A stretch of DNA of 59,632 nucleotides, filler included. It is 8 parts of 8 records of this genome, joined end to end, with 100 filler letters (N's around TTAATTAATTAA, not from the genome) between each part and the next. Parts side by side here need not be neighbours in the genome. Positions count along the whole stretch, not along the records: positions 17,352 to 31,373 come from SRR31156797_38172; positions 31,474 to 36,743 come from SRR31156797_38184; positions 36,844 to 47,270 come from SRR31156797_38188; 5 more parts are not named here. One strand, 5' to 3'. The notes beneath the pieces were generated by a model that did no database searches, had not been told where the DNA came from, and saw only the letters and a program-made list of their open reading frames with translations. This document shows positions 28,666-38,729 of the stretch, piece by piece. The position numbers and the translations under genes are program-made. Positions within the stretch are counted from its first letter, which is position 1, and each line of letters opens with the position of its first letter.

Positions 28666-29898
28666 TTAAGACCACAAAAGACCAAAAGGGACTGCCCACA
28701 AGTTATCACCGAAAGAGGCGGGAAATTCCCCCGTATAGAGAATGATACCGATAAACGTCCGGCTTTTTGTAAGCTTCTTCTGGAACCATCGCATATGGTT
28801 AAAATCTTTTTTTCCGACAGCAGAACCGGCTTTGATCTCAATGCCAAGCAATGCATTATCTTCCCGTTCTATTAAGAAATCGATTTCCCGTTTTTCACGG
28901 TCACGGTAGTGAAAAAGTTCATAGCGGCCATCTCCAGCGTCAACTTGTGCCGTAATTTCATTGAAGGCAAACGTTTCAATCAGTTTTCCGGAACGTTCGG
29001 TATCCAAGCGTACTTGGTCCATTTTCAAGCTGAGCAGGGATGTCATCAGACCGCTGTCTACCATGAAGAGCCTGCTTTGTTTACCGACACGGGCATAGTC
29101 GGTTTTCGTCCAAGGGTATACGCGCTCCACCATATAAAGGGTCTCCAATGCGTTGATGTAGCCTACGATTGTGGGGCGCCGGATGGAAAGACCGGAGCCG
29201 ATGGCGGATAGGTCCATGAATTTTCCCGACCATGCTGCGAGAGTGTGTACCAGTTCTTTCATGGCATTTTTCCGATGAATTCTTGTGATCTCTTTCAGGT
29301 CTCGTTCCAGTATGGCATTAACATAGTCGGTGTGCCATCGCTTTCGACCACGATCCTGAAGGTGCATCGGCTCCGGGAAGCCGCCTCTGAATGCGATTTC
29401 CAGGAGGGCATCACGATCATAGTGGATATGGCTGCGAGAGAACGATTGATTAAACGCGGAATCAATAAACCGGGAAGCAGTTTTTTCGATTTCTCCCTGG
29501 GCGAGTGGGTGTAAGCGGATTTTGGCGATTCGTCCGGCTAGAGATTCTCTAACGGTTGGAAGCGATTGAATGTTGGTGGATCCAGTCAATAGATACTGCC
29601 CGGGATTTGTGTCTTCGTCTACAGCTTTCTTAATTGCCGAAAGCAGGGATGGAATGCGTTGCACTTCGTCAATAATCAATGTTTTGGTGCTGCGTTTGAT
29701 GAATCCTTCCGGATCGTTGCCAGCAGCTTCTCTAAGTGTACCGTCATCAAGGGTCCGGTATTCCGTCTCATCGGATTCCAGTTCACGTGCCAGTGTGGTT
29801 TTACCACATTGCCTTGGACCGCTCAGCAGCAGTACGCGCCTTTCCAGCATGAGCTGTTTGATGGTCGCCTTTTGCCACCTTGGGTAACGTTCTATCAT
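28666..29898 (-). CDS. AAA+ ATPase (AAA_14) with DUF4143/PD-(D/E)XK C-terminal domain; likely start MIERYP
   Basis: GPRQCGKTT, IIDEVQ, LLTGS, ESLAGR, GGFPE, YRDREKREIDFLIE...IEIK. Confidence 0.9.
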   Translation of the reverse strand: MIERYPRWQKATIKQLMLERRVLLLSGPRQCGKTTLARELESDETEYRTLDDGTLREAAGNDPEGFIKRSTKTLIIDEVQRIPSLLSAIKKAVDEDTNPGQYLLTGSTNIQSLPTVRESLAGRIAKIRLHPLAQGEIEKTASRFIDSAFNQSFSRSHIHYDRDALLEIAFRGGFPEPMHLQDRGRKRWHTDYVNAILERDLKEITRIHRKNAMKELVHTLAAWSGKFMDLSAIGSGLSIRRPTIVGYINALETLYMVERVYPWTKTDYARVGKQSRLFMVDSGLMTSLLSLKMDQVRLDTERSGKLIETFAFNEITAQVDAGDGRYELFHYRDREKREIDFLIEREDNALLGIEIKAGSAVGKKDFNHMRWFQKKLTKSRTFIGIILYTGEFPASFGDNLWAVPFGLLWS

Positions 29899-29912
29899 TT
29901 CGGAATTCCCTG

Positions 29913-30004
29913 TCGCCAAATGATTATTATTAGTACCGCTATTTTTGTATTTTAAGATCCGCAGTTTTACAATTATTATTACCGCGTTTTAGCATTTTTT
30001 TTAA
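29913..30004. repeat. Four degenerate direct repeats with 23-bp period upstream of the ATPase
   Basis: YCGC cores at 29913, 29936, 29959, 29982, each followed by an AT-rich tract. Confidence 0.6.
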
Positions 30005-30340
30005 ATCGGAATACGGCCCGGATAGTTGGGAGTTTTGGTTTGCGTATTTCTCTGGGGGGATTACTTCTTGGAAACGCAGATGATGCTCATGAAGGTCCAA
30101 AAGGTAAATCGTCGGTGGGCACTTTTCAGCACCTTAAAACAAACATTCACCGTTCATTTTTTTGGTTTAAACGAGAGAGGAGAGAGCGCCAGCTCAAACG
30201 TTAGGTGGGCTTTCGGACACTCTATAATATTTAATACTGATCAATATTTGATTAGACTGATCTTGAATTAAGAAAAGATTCTAAAAACAGGAACATGATT
30301 TCAGGCACTTACAGACGTTGATTTCTGCCTAAAATCCGAG

Positions 30341-30362
30341 TGGGGGTCACATGGGGGTCACA
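30341..30362. repeat. Perfect tandem 11-mer TGGGGGTCACA x2
   Basis: Seen directly in the long intergenic region. Confidence 0.85.
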
Positions 30363-30670
30363 AAGCGAAAAAACGGTTGAAAACAGATTCTTGTTTGTGA
30401 TTTAAGTGATTGTTTTATCATGAATTATAGAAAAAACTCGGCATCTCCAACCGGAAAGTCAGCACCTTCAACTTCCTCGAAACTTTTCTAATGTGATCCA
30501 GTCATTTTTTCAAGGATCTAATGGAAACCCCATACAGAAGTGTGTGGATTGGTTGAGTGCGGGAGGGTAATGAGTGGAATCTCGTTGCATTTTGATCATG
30601 TGAAGGGTATTTTGAAAAGGTAGGTAAATGAACCTGTTTGCCAATAGTCGTTAGAGAGGAGTATTTCGTC

Positions 30671-30907
30671 ATGGCGCCATCGGTGAATGAACAGTACATC
30701 GTCGACGAAAAGGGAAACCCAACAGCGGTTATCCTCCCAATAAAAGAATACTTGAAGATGCTTTCCATCATGGACGAAGTCGAAGACCATAAGGAAAGCA
30801 GGATTCTTTCTCAATCTTCGGAATTTAAGAAGCTTGTCAAAAAAGGGTTGGACGATATCAGTTCAGGCAGGACAAAGCCCTGGAAGGAAGTCTGGGATGA
30901 ACTATGA
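30671..30907 (+). CDS. Type II antitoxin (likely start MAPSVNE)
   Basis: QYIVDEKGNPTAVILPIKEY N-terminus, acidic C-terminus GRTKPWKEV; overlaps the toxin start. Confidence 0.75.
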   Translation: MAPSVNEQYIVDEKGNPTAVILPIKEYLKMLSIMDEVEDHKESRILSQSSEFKKLVKKGLDDISSGRTKPWKEVWDEL

Positions 30908-31247
30908 TGTTCACCTAACTGAGACCTTCCAGAAATCGGTCAAGGCACTGAAAAAGAAATATCCCAAAATCAAGAAAGACCTCCTGCGTCAAATCAAAGT
31001 ATTAGAGGAAGATGCGTCTGCCGGAGATCCCATTCCGGGTTGGAACAAAGAGATATGGAAAATTAGGGTCGCCAGCTCTGATGTAAAGAAGGGAAAGCGG
31101 GGCGGCTATCGGCTCATCTACTCTTGGAAGGCGGGCGAAGTGGAAATCTATCTTCTGGTGGCCTATTTCAAGGGCGAAAAGACAGAAATCACCAAGAAGG
31201 AGATAGAGACCTTGCTTAAAAAGCTCAACCGGGAATTAGGATGGTAA
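30897..31247 (+). CDS. RelE/ParE-superfamily toxin (likely start MNYDVH)
   Basis: TFQKSVKALKKKYP, WKIRVASSD..KGKRGGYRLIY, LLVAYFKGE. Confidence 0.85.
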   Translation: MNYDVHLTETFQKSVKALKKKYPKIKKDLLRQIKVLEEDASAGDPIPGWNKEIWKIRVASSDVKKGKRGGYRLIYSWKAGEVEIYLLVAYFKGEKTEITKKEIETLLKKLNRELGW

Positions 31248-31373
31248 AAAACTTAACGCATTTTAGTTTATTTTTTCTGGCTTAGCGACCCTGTTTAGCA
31301 CCTACCATATTTCCGGCAAAAACCAACCGTGAATCCGAAAGAAAGTAAAGAATCCGGGTCCAGAGGACCCGGC

Positions 31374-31473
31374 NNNNNNNNNNNNNNNNNNNNNNNNNNN
31401 NNNNNNNNNNNNNNNNNTTAATTAATTAANNNNNNNNNNNNNNNNNNNNNNNNNNNNNNNNNNNNNNNNNNNN
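31374..31473. other. Artificial contig spacer
   Basis: N-run with TTAATTAATTAA. Confidence 0.98.
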
Positions 31474-34400
31474 ACGGATAAATTTGCTTCTCTATCTTAC
31501 CCTGCTGGTTATAAGTGTATTTATAGGTGAAAATATCACCGTTAAAATTAAAATGAGCGAAACTCAAACGACTCAATGGATTATAATCGAAAGTTTCCCG
31601 GTACGATCCTTTAACCCGTTCGGCGGGCAGGCCGACCCCATTGGGCCGGACGTCCCAGTCAGTTAGTACGGTTTCCTGCTTCTCTGCTTTTTTGCGAACT
31701 GTCTTTACGGTCCGGCCCAGGCTGTCAAAACTGTTTTCAGTCGTTGTGCCGTCATTGGCAATAGTCTTATATTTAAGATCCAAGCCGTTATAAAAGGTTT
31801 GGGTCACCCCCGTTGTCGGTTCCGTAATCTTCACGCGCCTTCCTAAAACATCATATTCCATAAGGGTGATATTTCCCTTAACGTCTTGGCTGGACTTAAG
31901 CTTTCCTGAGGCGGTATAGTTGAATTTGATTTTACTTGCATCTTCGAATCTGATTCCAATTTTCTCGTCGAGTGCGTTTAACACAATGGTTCTATGACGG
32001 CCTAATGCGTCAATTTCGATTCGGTTCAGACCATCATAGACCACCTTGCTTATTGAGCTGTCAGCTCGGGTTTGTGTTGTCAGGCGTTGCAGTTCGTCAT
32101 AATCGTATATGGTAAAAACAGGCTGTTGGTCCTCGAAGTAAGGATTTGACTCCCTTTGGACAAGCCCCGCGTCAGTATAGGAAGTGTCCACATGAATCCA
32201 CCGTCCGCCAAACCCCTTGACTGACTCTCGCACAACCCGTGATTGACTGTCATAAAAGACTATGCTGTCTGCTGATCCGGTGGCCTTGTTCAACACAAAA
32301 TAGGCCGCTTGCGGAGGTGAGTTCTGGTGTCGCCAGAAACGCTCCACAATTTCAAACCGGCCGTCTTTATGGTTTGTTTTTTGGATGTCACCCCAAGAGT
32401 CAAATACGTTTTCAACCCAAAGGCCGTTAGGGTCCGTGATTTTTTGGGGCCGCCCGAAAATTTTATTGGTTTCGAATTTTGTTTGATGGCCCAGAGCATT
32501 AATGGTTGCTTTTATAAAACCAAATTGATCATACTCAATAGTTGATGCAAAGACATCGCCGGGTAGCCCATTGGCGTCAGAGATTTTTATCTCCTCCTTT
32601 ATGGGAAGTCCGAGGCTGTTGCGAATATAGGTTACTTTCTTTTCAAAAGGAGTTCCCGGCTCTGTAATTTCAGATTGTAGGACGCCGTTCTCATATGTAA
32701 AAGCGGAATGTTTTATCTCGCTATGATCTCCTCGACGATAAGTCACACGTGCACCAATGAGTTTATTGCAAATCCAATTTTCTAAATCGTTGTCAAATTC
32801 ATTCAGCGTATCAACCACGTAAATGCCGTGCTTGTCTTTTATTTCCACCCTTGATTCGGTAAGGTTTAAAAATTCGTCAAACTGCTTGGTTGTTTTTTTT
32901 TCGGACAGCTCTACTCCTGTTTCATCCAGGGACAGCTCTTCAACCGAAGGGTTTAAAACCTGATAAAATCCGCCCAAATCCCTAACTTTCCATTCGTGAC
33001 GAATCCGGTTGATGAGAACTTGATCGCCCTTCCAGTTGACAAATGTTTGCTTGCGCTCAGGGAAAAGCATTTCCAAATCATCAACGAGATGGACATAATC
33101 CGTGACATGGGTAATATTTTTGCCAGTTGAGATTTCCACCTTTTTTGAAAAGCCTGCGAAGCGATACACTTCTTTTTTGGAAACCAGGGGATTTTTGTAG
33201 CGATACTCAAGTGTTTCCTGGTATCCTGATGGCCCGGTCGTGGTCAACTGCCGTACTGTGGTAAAGTTGTTGTTAAAAATCTGAAATCGTTTTTTGTCAA
33301 AACGAAAAGGTTGAATCTCAACGGTGTTTTTTTGGTTTCCCATATCCCAGTCAATTTTTATCCGATTCTTCAAACCATCTTCAATCGTTTCGAGATAAAT
33401 CGGTTGGTCCCCGTTCCGCACTGCAAATAATTCTCTTTGGTGCAAAACCAGAACATCCGTGACGGTGTCATTGTCCAGATCGGAAACAAAAACACGATGG
33501 AGTTCAGGATTGACGGCAGCGTAACCTGGAGTGAATTGAACCGTTTCGGCCTCAACATTGACTTGTCCAGTCCCATACAACACATGGATTTTGTTTAACC
33601 GGGAGGCAATGAAATCGATACGTCCGTCGTTATTAGCATCCGAGGTCGTGATGACACTGTTCTGGCTGTTAAAACTGGAAGCATTGATTCGCTTGTTCCA
33701 AACCACAGGCGAGTTAAAGGATGAGCCATTATTTAAGGCTGCGTGAAGCCCGGAATTATTGACCACAAAAATGTCGGCTAACCCGTCTTTGTTTAGGTCG
33801 CTCAGTCCATGACTAAACTTCGCGGAGCCGGAAAAGAGAAGCACTGGGGACCGACTCCAACTTTTTGGTTCACTGAAGCCTTCGGCCGTTCTTAAAGCGA
33901 CAAGAACGTCGGTTTTGCTAATGCCGATAAAATCCTTAAAATCGTCCCCATTCATATCCGCAAAGTAAATGGGCCAGTCGGCCTGCCAATTTAACCGTTT
34001 GAATCCGCCGGTAATTTTACGTTTAACTGCAAAGCCCCCGGTTTGCTCCTCAAAGACAAGCAGGTATGTTCCATCTTTTTCAACGGCGATGATGTCAAGA
34101 TCGCCGTCGTGATCGAAATCCGTCAGTTCCCGCTTGGCGTCATTTCTCGCAACGCCGATTATGGCGTCGGAGCTTTCAAATTCCTGAAAAAAACCATTAG
34201 GTTTGCCTCTGATGAAATTAAAACCATTTTTGTGGAATGCGAGAATATCGGCAAAACCGTCTCTGTCAATATCAGCGATTTGAACAGGATACTTCCTTTC
34301 CCATGAACTCAAGCCAGAATGGGAGATCATTGTTCTCGGCGAGAAGCCTTGTCTGCATCCGTAACTCAAATGGATTTGACTGGCTCGGACGCCTATCAGG

Positions 34401-35389
34401 TCCGGATACCCATCATAGTCGAGATCGGTTGTAAGCCGTAGATCCTTGGTCGAACTCCAGGGAAATTCATCCATGGTAAACATGTTGCCCATGCTCTTTG
34501 CCTCAAACAACGGATTGGAGGTCGCTCCCACATAAGTAAATTTTGTAGCAGGCAGGCAGTTTGAAGCGGAAGAGCACTTTTGAATGCTCGACAGAACATG
34601 GACCCCGGAGTCGGTTTCATCCCATTGGAGATTGTAGCGCCAAACCGTCTTGTCAAAACTCAATACGGTGATTGTTTTCGGAATTGCATTGTTCGCCTGG
34701 TTGGTCCCGAAACGATAGCTCGGAAGAGCGTCAACTGCGTCATATTCAATTTCGACATGACGATAGTGTTCCAGTTCAGCGGCTTCATTGCCCCCATAGG
34801 ATATTTTTTTCAAAAACCTTTGAGAACTCTCATCACCGTGATAATGATAGGTTACATAGTTTCCGTGGCGATCCTCAAGCCGGGATAATAACCAAGTTAC
34901 CGTTTCGCCGTCAGTGTTTTCAATGGTTTGCCCTATATAAAATTGCCTGTCCCCGTTTTTTTTCTCGACCACAAATCCGTCGCTCCGCTTAGTGATTCGA
35001 TCCAGATTATCGACGCGATTTCTGTACTGACTATTGTTAGCGCCATAGACGCCATTTGTCAGAACCATTTCCTGTCCATTCAGGCAATATGTCAAGTCCG
35101 TATCCAGCCTTTTGGCTCGATCATTTCTGAAACATTTATCGATTTTTTCAACGGGCTGGATAAACCAACCTGCAGCTCCTGAAACCCTTCCTAACCCTGA
35201 ATGGAAAGCCAGACTTACCTTAGGATTGATCCCGACGGCCGTCGGGATCGTTTCTATGGGGATGGTATATGTAACTTCGCCCTTTTCACCTACGTCGATC
35301 GTTCCAACTATGGAACCTACATTGTTGTCTCCCGCCAATACGGGGGAAGCGAATAGCAAAAGCGAGATAAGCAGTAATCTTTTTATCAT
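31474..35389 (-). CDS. Secreted SpvB/TcB-like + FG-GAP propeller + YD/RHS-repeat protein (3' truncated; start MIKRLLL)
   Basis: AGGAGG RBS, Sec signal peptide, GEVTYTIPI...VSLAFHS SpvB-like start, seven DxDxDGxxD-type repeats, YD repeats (YDQFG, YDELQR, YDVLGR). Confidence 0.85.
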
Positions 35390-35420
35390 GATGTACCTCC
35401 TGATGGACAAGCCACGTTCC

Positions 35421-36509
35421 TTAAAACTCGTGGCTCGGAACACCGCTATCGCAAGAACGATGCAACGTGGTTCTCACTACCCTGCTTTCACCGTCATCGC
35501 AGCGCATATTGCGAGTCTTCCAAAGCAATCCTCGGCAATTATCTGTCTCGGTCCATTCGTCTCCATGGTCATGAAGCCCAATGCATCCCCTTTTTCTCGC
35601 GCACTTATTTTCCGTATTAACCCATCCGTTAAAAACAAGAGACGACGCGCTCGACAGATTATTATTCGCCTCGCATGTAAAGGTCGTTCTTGTAACACTG
35701 CAATTTCTGCGAAAGACCCTGCCGGCTGGAAAAGAAGCATTGTTAGGACCGTTTCTGGATTGTCCCACCGTCAGTGCGCCGGCCGGTGACACACAGCCAT
35801 CCACACAACTGGAGCCACTAAGGACGCCGGTCCGTATTGAAACAATTTCCTCGTGGATATTCCCCCTCGCGTCGCAGGAACGTCTGATGGTTCTTTTCGT
35901 GCACGTTCTGCTTGAACTGTCGGCGTCCACTCTTTCGAAATCACGGCTTTCTCCGGCGCGTATAAGCTCTCCCTGAAAATTACAGCCTGGCCGACAGGTC
36001 CCGTCTATAAAAACCTGGCCCGGAGGACAGCCTTCGTTACAAGTTGCGTTAATGCTTCCTGAACAATACAAAGGCTTAAAGCCCGGTCTGCTGTTATCCA
36101 GGAGCGATTGAAATTTCGGGGTTTTTCGATTAGTCTCCAGCTTCGTTTGATTGGGCGTAAGAACTATTCTTTCACGAACCGTCTCCTGAACCGTCGGAAA
36201 ATCGTCGCTTTGTATCAATGCGCAGCCGTCAACGTTATTTTCCAGATCGTAAAGCGAATGGATGGTTGTAAAAAAGACGTCGCAATGCTGCACCTTATTA
36301 ATTTTGTTTGTAATCCGATAGCTGTACCCCCCTCGGTGCTTAGCATCATTTTTTATACGCTGATCCTCGGTGAGGTCTGGATTGTTGTTTCTGTCAATCG
36401 AGAAGCACGCCTCGAACGAATTTGACTGATCACAGATTTCCTGAGCCGCGGCAATTGAAATGCCGAAACATAGAAATAAAACTATGATATATGTTAGATG
36501 TTTGTTCAT
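35421..36509 (-). CDS. Secreted cysteine-rich protein of unknown function
   Basis: Signal peptide (AAA|Q), many Cys, repeated GC..G...G.SR...C...R.C modules; AAAGGA RBS. Confidence 0.75.
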   Translation of the reverse strand: MNKHLTYIIVLFLCFGISIAAAQEICDQSNSFEACFSIDRNNNPDLTEDQRIKNDAKHRGGYSYRITNKINKVQHCDVFFTTIHSLYDLENNVDGCALIQSDDFPTVQETVRERIVLTPNQTKLETNRKTPKFQSLLDNSRPGFKPLYCSGSINATCNEGCPPGQVFIDGTCRPGCNFQGELIRAGESRDFERVDADSSSRTCTKRTIRRSCDARGNIHEEIVSIRTGVLSGSSCVDGCVSPAGALTVGQSRNGPNNASFPAGRVFRRNCSVTRTTFTCEANNNLSSASSLVFNGWVNTENKCARKRGCIGLHDHGDEWTETDNCRGLLWKTRNMRCDDGESRVVRTTLHRSCDSGVPSHEF

Positions 36510-36743
36510 TTTTCATAATCCTTTTTATGTTAGAAGAAAAGGGGACTTCGCCTAATTTATATAAAACCTAAATTTATGAAAAACTCATGAAACTCTATAA
36601 AAATAGTGTATTGCAGAGTGATTTATCAACTTGTCTTAATAGGAATTTATTTTTTTACTTCTACTTATAGCATTTTTCAGCTACCGGTTTAAGCAGGGAC
36701 ACCCCCGTAGAACAAGGATCTTATGGGGTGTCCTATTTTTGAG

Positions 36744-36843
36744 NNNNNNNNNNNNNNNNNNNNNNNNNNNNNNNNNNNNNNNNNNNNTTAATTAATTAAN
36801 NNNNNNNNNNNNNNNNNNNNNNNNNNNNNNNNNNNNNNNNNNN
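36744..36843. other. Artificial contig spacer
   Basis: N-run with TTAATTAATTAA. Confidence 0.98.
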
Positions 36844-36866
36844 CAGGGAAAACATTTATTGCTCGT
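36844..36866 (+). repeat. Terminal direct repeat (23 nt), left copy
   Basis: CAGGGAAAACATTTATTGCTCGT, identical to the last 23 nt of the same contig. Confidence 0.97.
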
Positions 36867-37746
36867 TATCGGGGTTATGATTATATGGGGAGTCAACTTC
36901 TCCGCTATCAAGTTGGGAGTCAGTCAATTAGACCCTTTTCTTATTGCAGCGGCGCGATTCTTCTTAGCCACGTTCCCCATCATATTCTTCGTGCGTAAAC
37001 CCAAGGTTCCAATGCGTTACTTCATCGCTTACGGATTAGTCTTTGGTACAGGTATCTGGGGCATGGCCTATTGTTCTATCGCTTTTGGGCTTTCATCCGG
37101 TATGGCATCTGTACTGTTGCAGCTTGATGTACTGACCACCATTGCTGTTGGTGCTCTGTTATACAAAGAAAAAATCACCAAACAAATGTGGATGGGAATT
37201 GTTGCTGCGTTGCTAGGTTTGGCATTATCCATTGTCTACACCAACGGAAACATCACTTTGCTAGGCATCGTATTCATTAGTATTTCAGCCATATGCTGGC
37301 CTTTGACTGGCGTAATTATCCGTCACTCAGGCACCCAATCACCGTTCGCGTTTAATATCTGGGGCATGTTGTTTGCGCCCGTACCATTGGTACTGTTAAG
37401 CATTTCAATCAATGGGCTTACTGGGCTGGTTGAAACCTATCACCAATGGAACAATAGCGCGTGGTTCTCAGTACTGTTTCAGGCTTACCCAACCACGCTT
37501 TTCGGTTATTGGATTTGGAACAAAATGATTTTGACCTATCCAATGTCAAAGCTTGCACCACTAACCCTACTAACCACCGTGTTTGCTTTGCTATCTGGTT
37601 ACATATTCTTTGGTGAAACACTGTCTACCGTGCAGTGGATTTCTTGTTCTCTGTTTCTTGCGGGGATTACGGTGGTGCTTTATCCAGCAAAGCCTGAGTT
37701 CGAGAAACCGACGAATACAACAGCACCAATAACTCTGAATGAATGA
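36844..37746 (+). CDS. EamA/DMT family exporter; its ATG lies at the other end of the contig (47245)
   Basis: IWGVNFSAIKLG, AARF, two EamA repeats; joining the ends gives MQGKHLLLVIGVMIIWG in frame. Confidence 0.9.
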   Translation, partial: QGKHLLLVIGVMIIWGVNFSAIKLGVSQLDPFLIAAARFFLATFPIIFFVRKPKVPMRYFIAYGLVFGTGIWGMAYCSIAFGLSSGMASVLLQLDVLTTIAVGALLYKEKITKQMWMGIVAALLGLALSIVYTNGNITLLGIVFISISAICWPLTGVIIRHSGTQSPFAFNIWGMLFAPVPLVLLSISINGLTGLVETYHQWNNSAWFSVLFQAYPTTLFGYWIWNKMILTYPMSKLAPLTLLTTVFALLSGYIFFGETLSTVQWISCSLFLAGITVVLYPAKPEFEKPTNTTAPITLNE

Positions 37747-37758
37747 GTTATTGTTAAA

Positions 37759-37781
37759 GAGAGTCAGACTTCCTGGCTCTC
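37759..37781 (+). terminator. Hairpin after the EamA gene
   Basis: GAGAGTCAG-acttc-CTGGCTCTC. Confidence 0.6.
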
Positions 37782-37886
37782 AACGTTTTATAATCCCTGT
37801 TAACTATTAAACGGGAGCTATACCAACAATTAGTCCTAGTTGCCTGGTTAAACTGGTGTTGTTGACCATTCTAAGGAACACGCAGT

Positions 37887-38729
37887 TTGCTTAAACAACT
37901 TCACTTTGACAATGTCAATCTTCAAATCGACACCTTAGGTGGGCAAGTGTGCACGTTTGAAGTCAATAATAACCCTGTATTCCACCCTATCAGCGCAAAT
38001 TCAGACGGCCCCCAAACTGGCGGCCTGTTCCCTATGGTTCCAATAGCAAACCGAGTAAAAGAAAACGCATTTTTGACTGAAGGAAGAATTGTCCAACTTC
38101 CTAAGGTAGATTGGGACCAAGAATTTTTCCTTCATGGTGACGGATGGAAAAAAGTGTGGACCGTTCAAAGTGAACAGCAAAATGAAATAACACTCACCCT
38201 AGAATCGAATATCAGTGAGGACATTCACTATCAAGCAACGCTTAACTTTAAAATAACTCATTCTCAATTGATGGTTACGTTGAAGGCAAAGAACCTATCT
38301 TTACACCCATTCCCTTTTAATATTGGTCTTCATCCGTTCTTTTGCTCTAGTAATAAAAGTGATTTGCGTATCCCTCACTTAGGTTACTGGCCTGAAGCAG
38401 AAAAGCACTTACCATTACCTTATAAGGAACACGTTCCCAAACAATATAATTTCAAAGTCTCAAAATTGCTTGATCAAGGGTGGATAAACCACTGCTACAA
38501 GCTCTGTTTGTCTGTTACTGAACTGATAAATCATGACATGGGTTATAAGGTAGAAATAACGCACAGCAGCGATTATCTAACCATCTATCAACCAGAACGC
38601 TCAGCGCCCTTTGTTTGTATTGAGCCTCAATGTTTTCCTATTAACGCACATAACTTTATGAACGTTCCATCCATTGCCCCAGGAGAAGAACAGCAAATTA
38701 CAATGAAGATAAATGTAAAAGATATTTAG
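37887..38729 (+). CDS. Aldose 1-epimerase family protein (YphB-like)
   Basis: FPMVPIANRV, LHGDGW, GLHPFF, FVCIEPQ. Confidence 0.88.
   Translation: MLKQLHFDNVNLQIDTLGGQVCTFEVNNNPVFHPISANSDGPQTGGLFPMVPIANRVKENAFLTEGRIVQLPKVDWDQEFFLHGDGWKKVWTVQSEQQNEITLTLESNISEDIHYQATLNFKITHSQLMVTLKAKNLSLHPFPFNIGLHPFFCSSNKSDLRIPHLGYWPEAEKHLPLPYKEHVPKQYNFKVSKLLDQGWINHCYKLCLSVTELINHDMGYKVEITHSSDYLTIYQPERSAPFVCIEPQCFPINAHNFMNVPSIAPGEEQQITMKINVKDI

Noticed and set aside
25357-29312. 71-nt repeat pair as a diversity-generating retroelement TR/VR (4 of 5 differences are at A in the ATPase coding strand)
   Set aside because: No reverse transcriptase, one difference is at C, the changes are conservative or silent, and the would-be template is inside an intact gene. 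Paralogue divergence explains it.
29913-30004. CRISPR array or plasmid iterons
   Set aside because: Units are contiguous, degenerate and have no spacers; no cas or rep gene nearby.
36697-36733. GGACACCCC...GGGGTGTCC inverted repeat as an IS end
   Set aside because: Single hairpin at a contig edge with no transposase; could equally be a terminator or REP, so it cannot be assigned.
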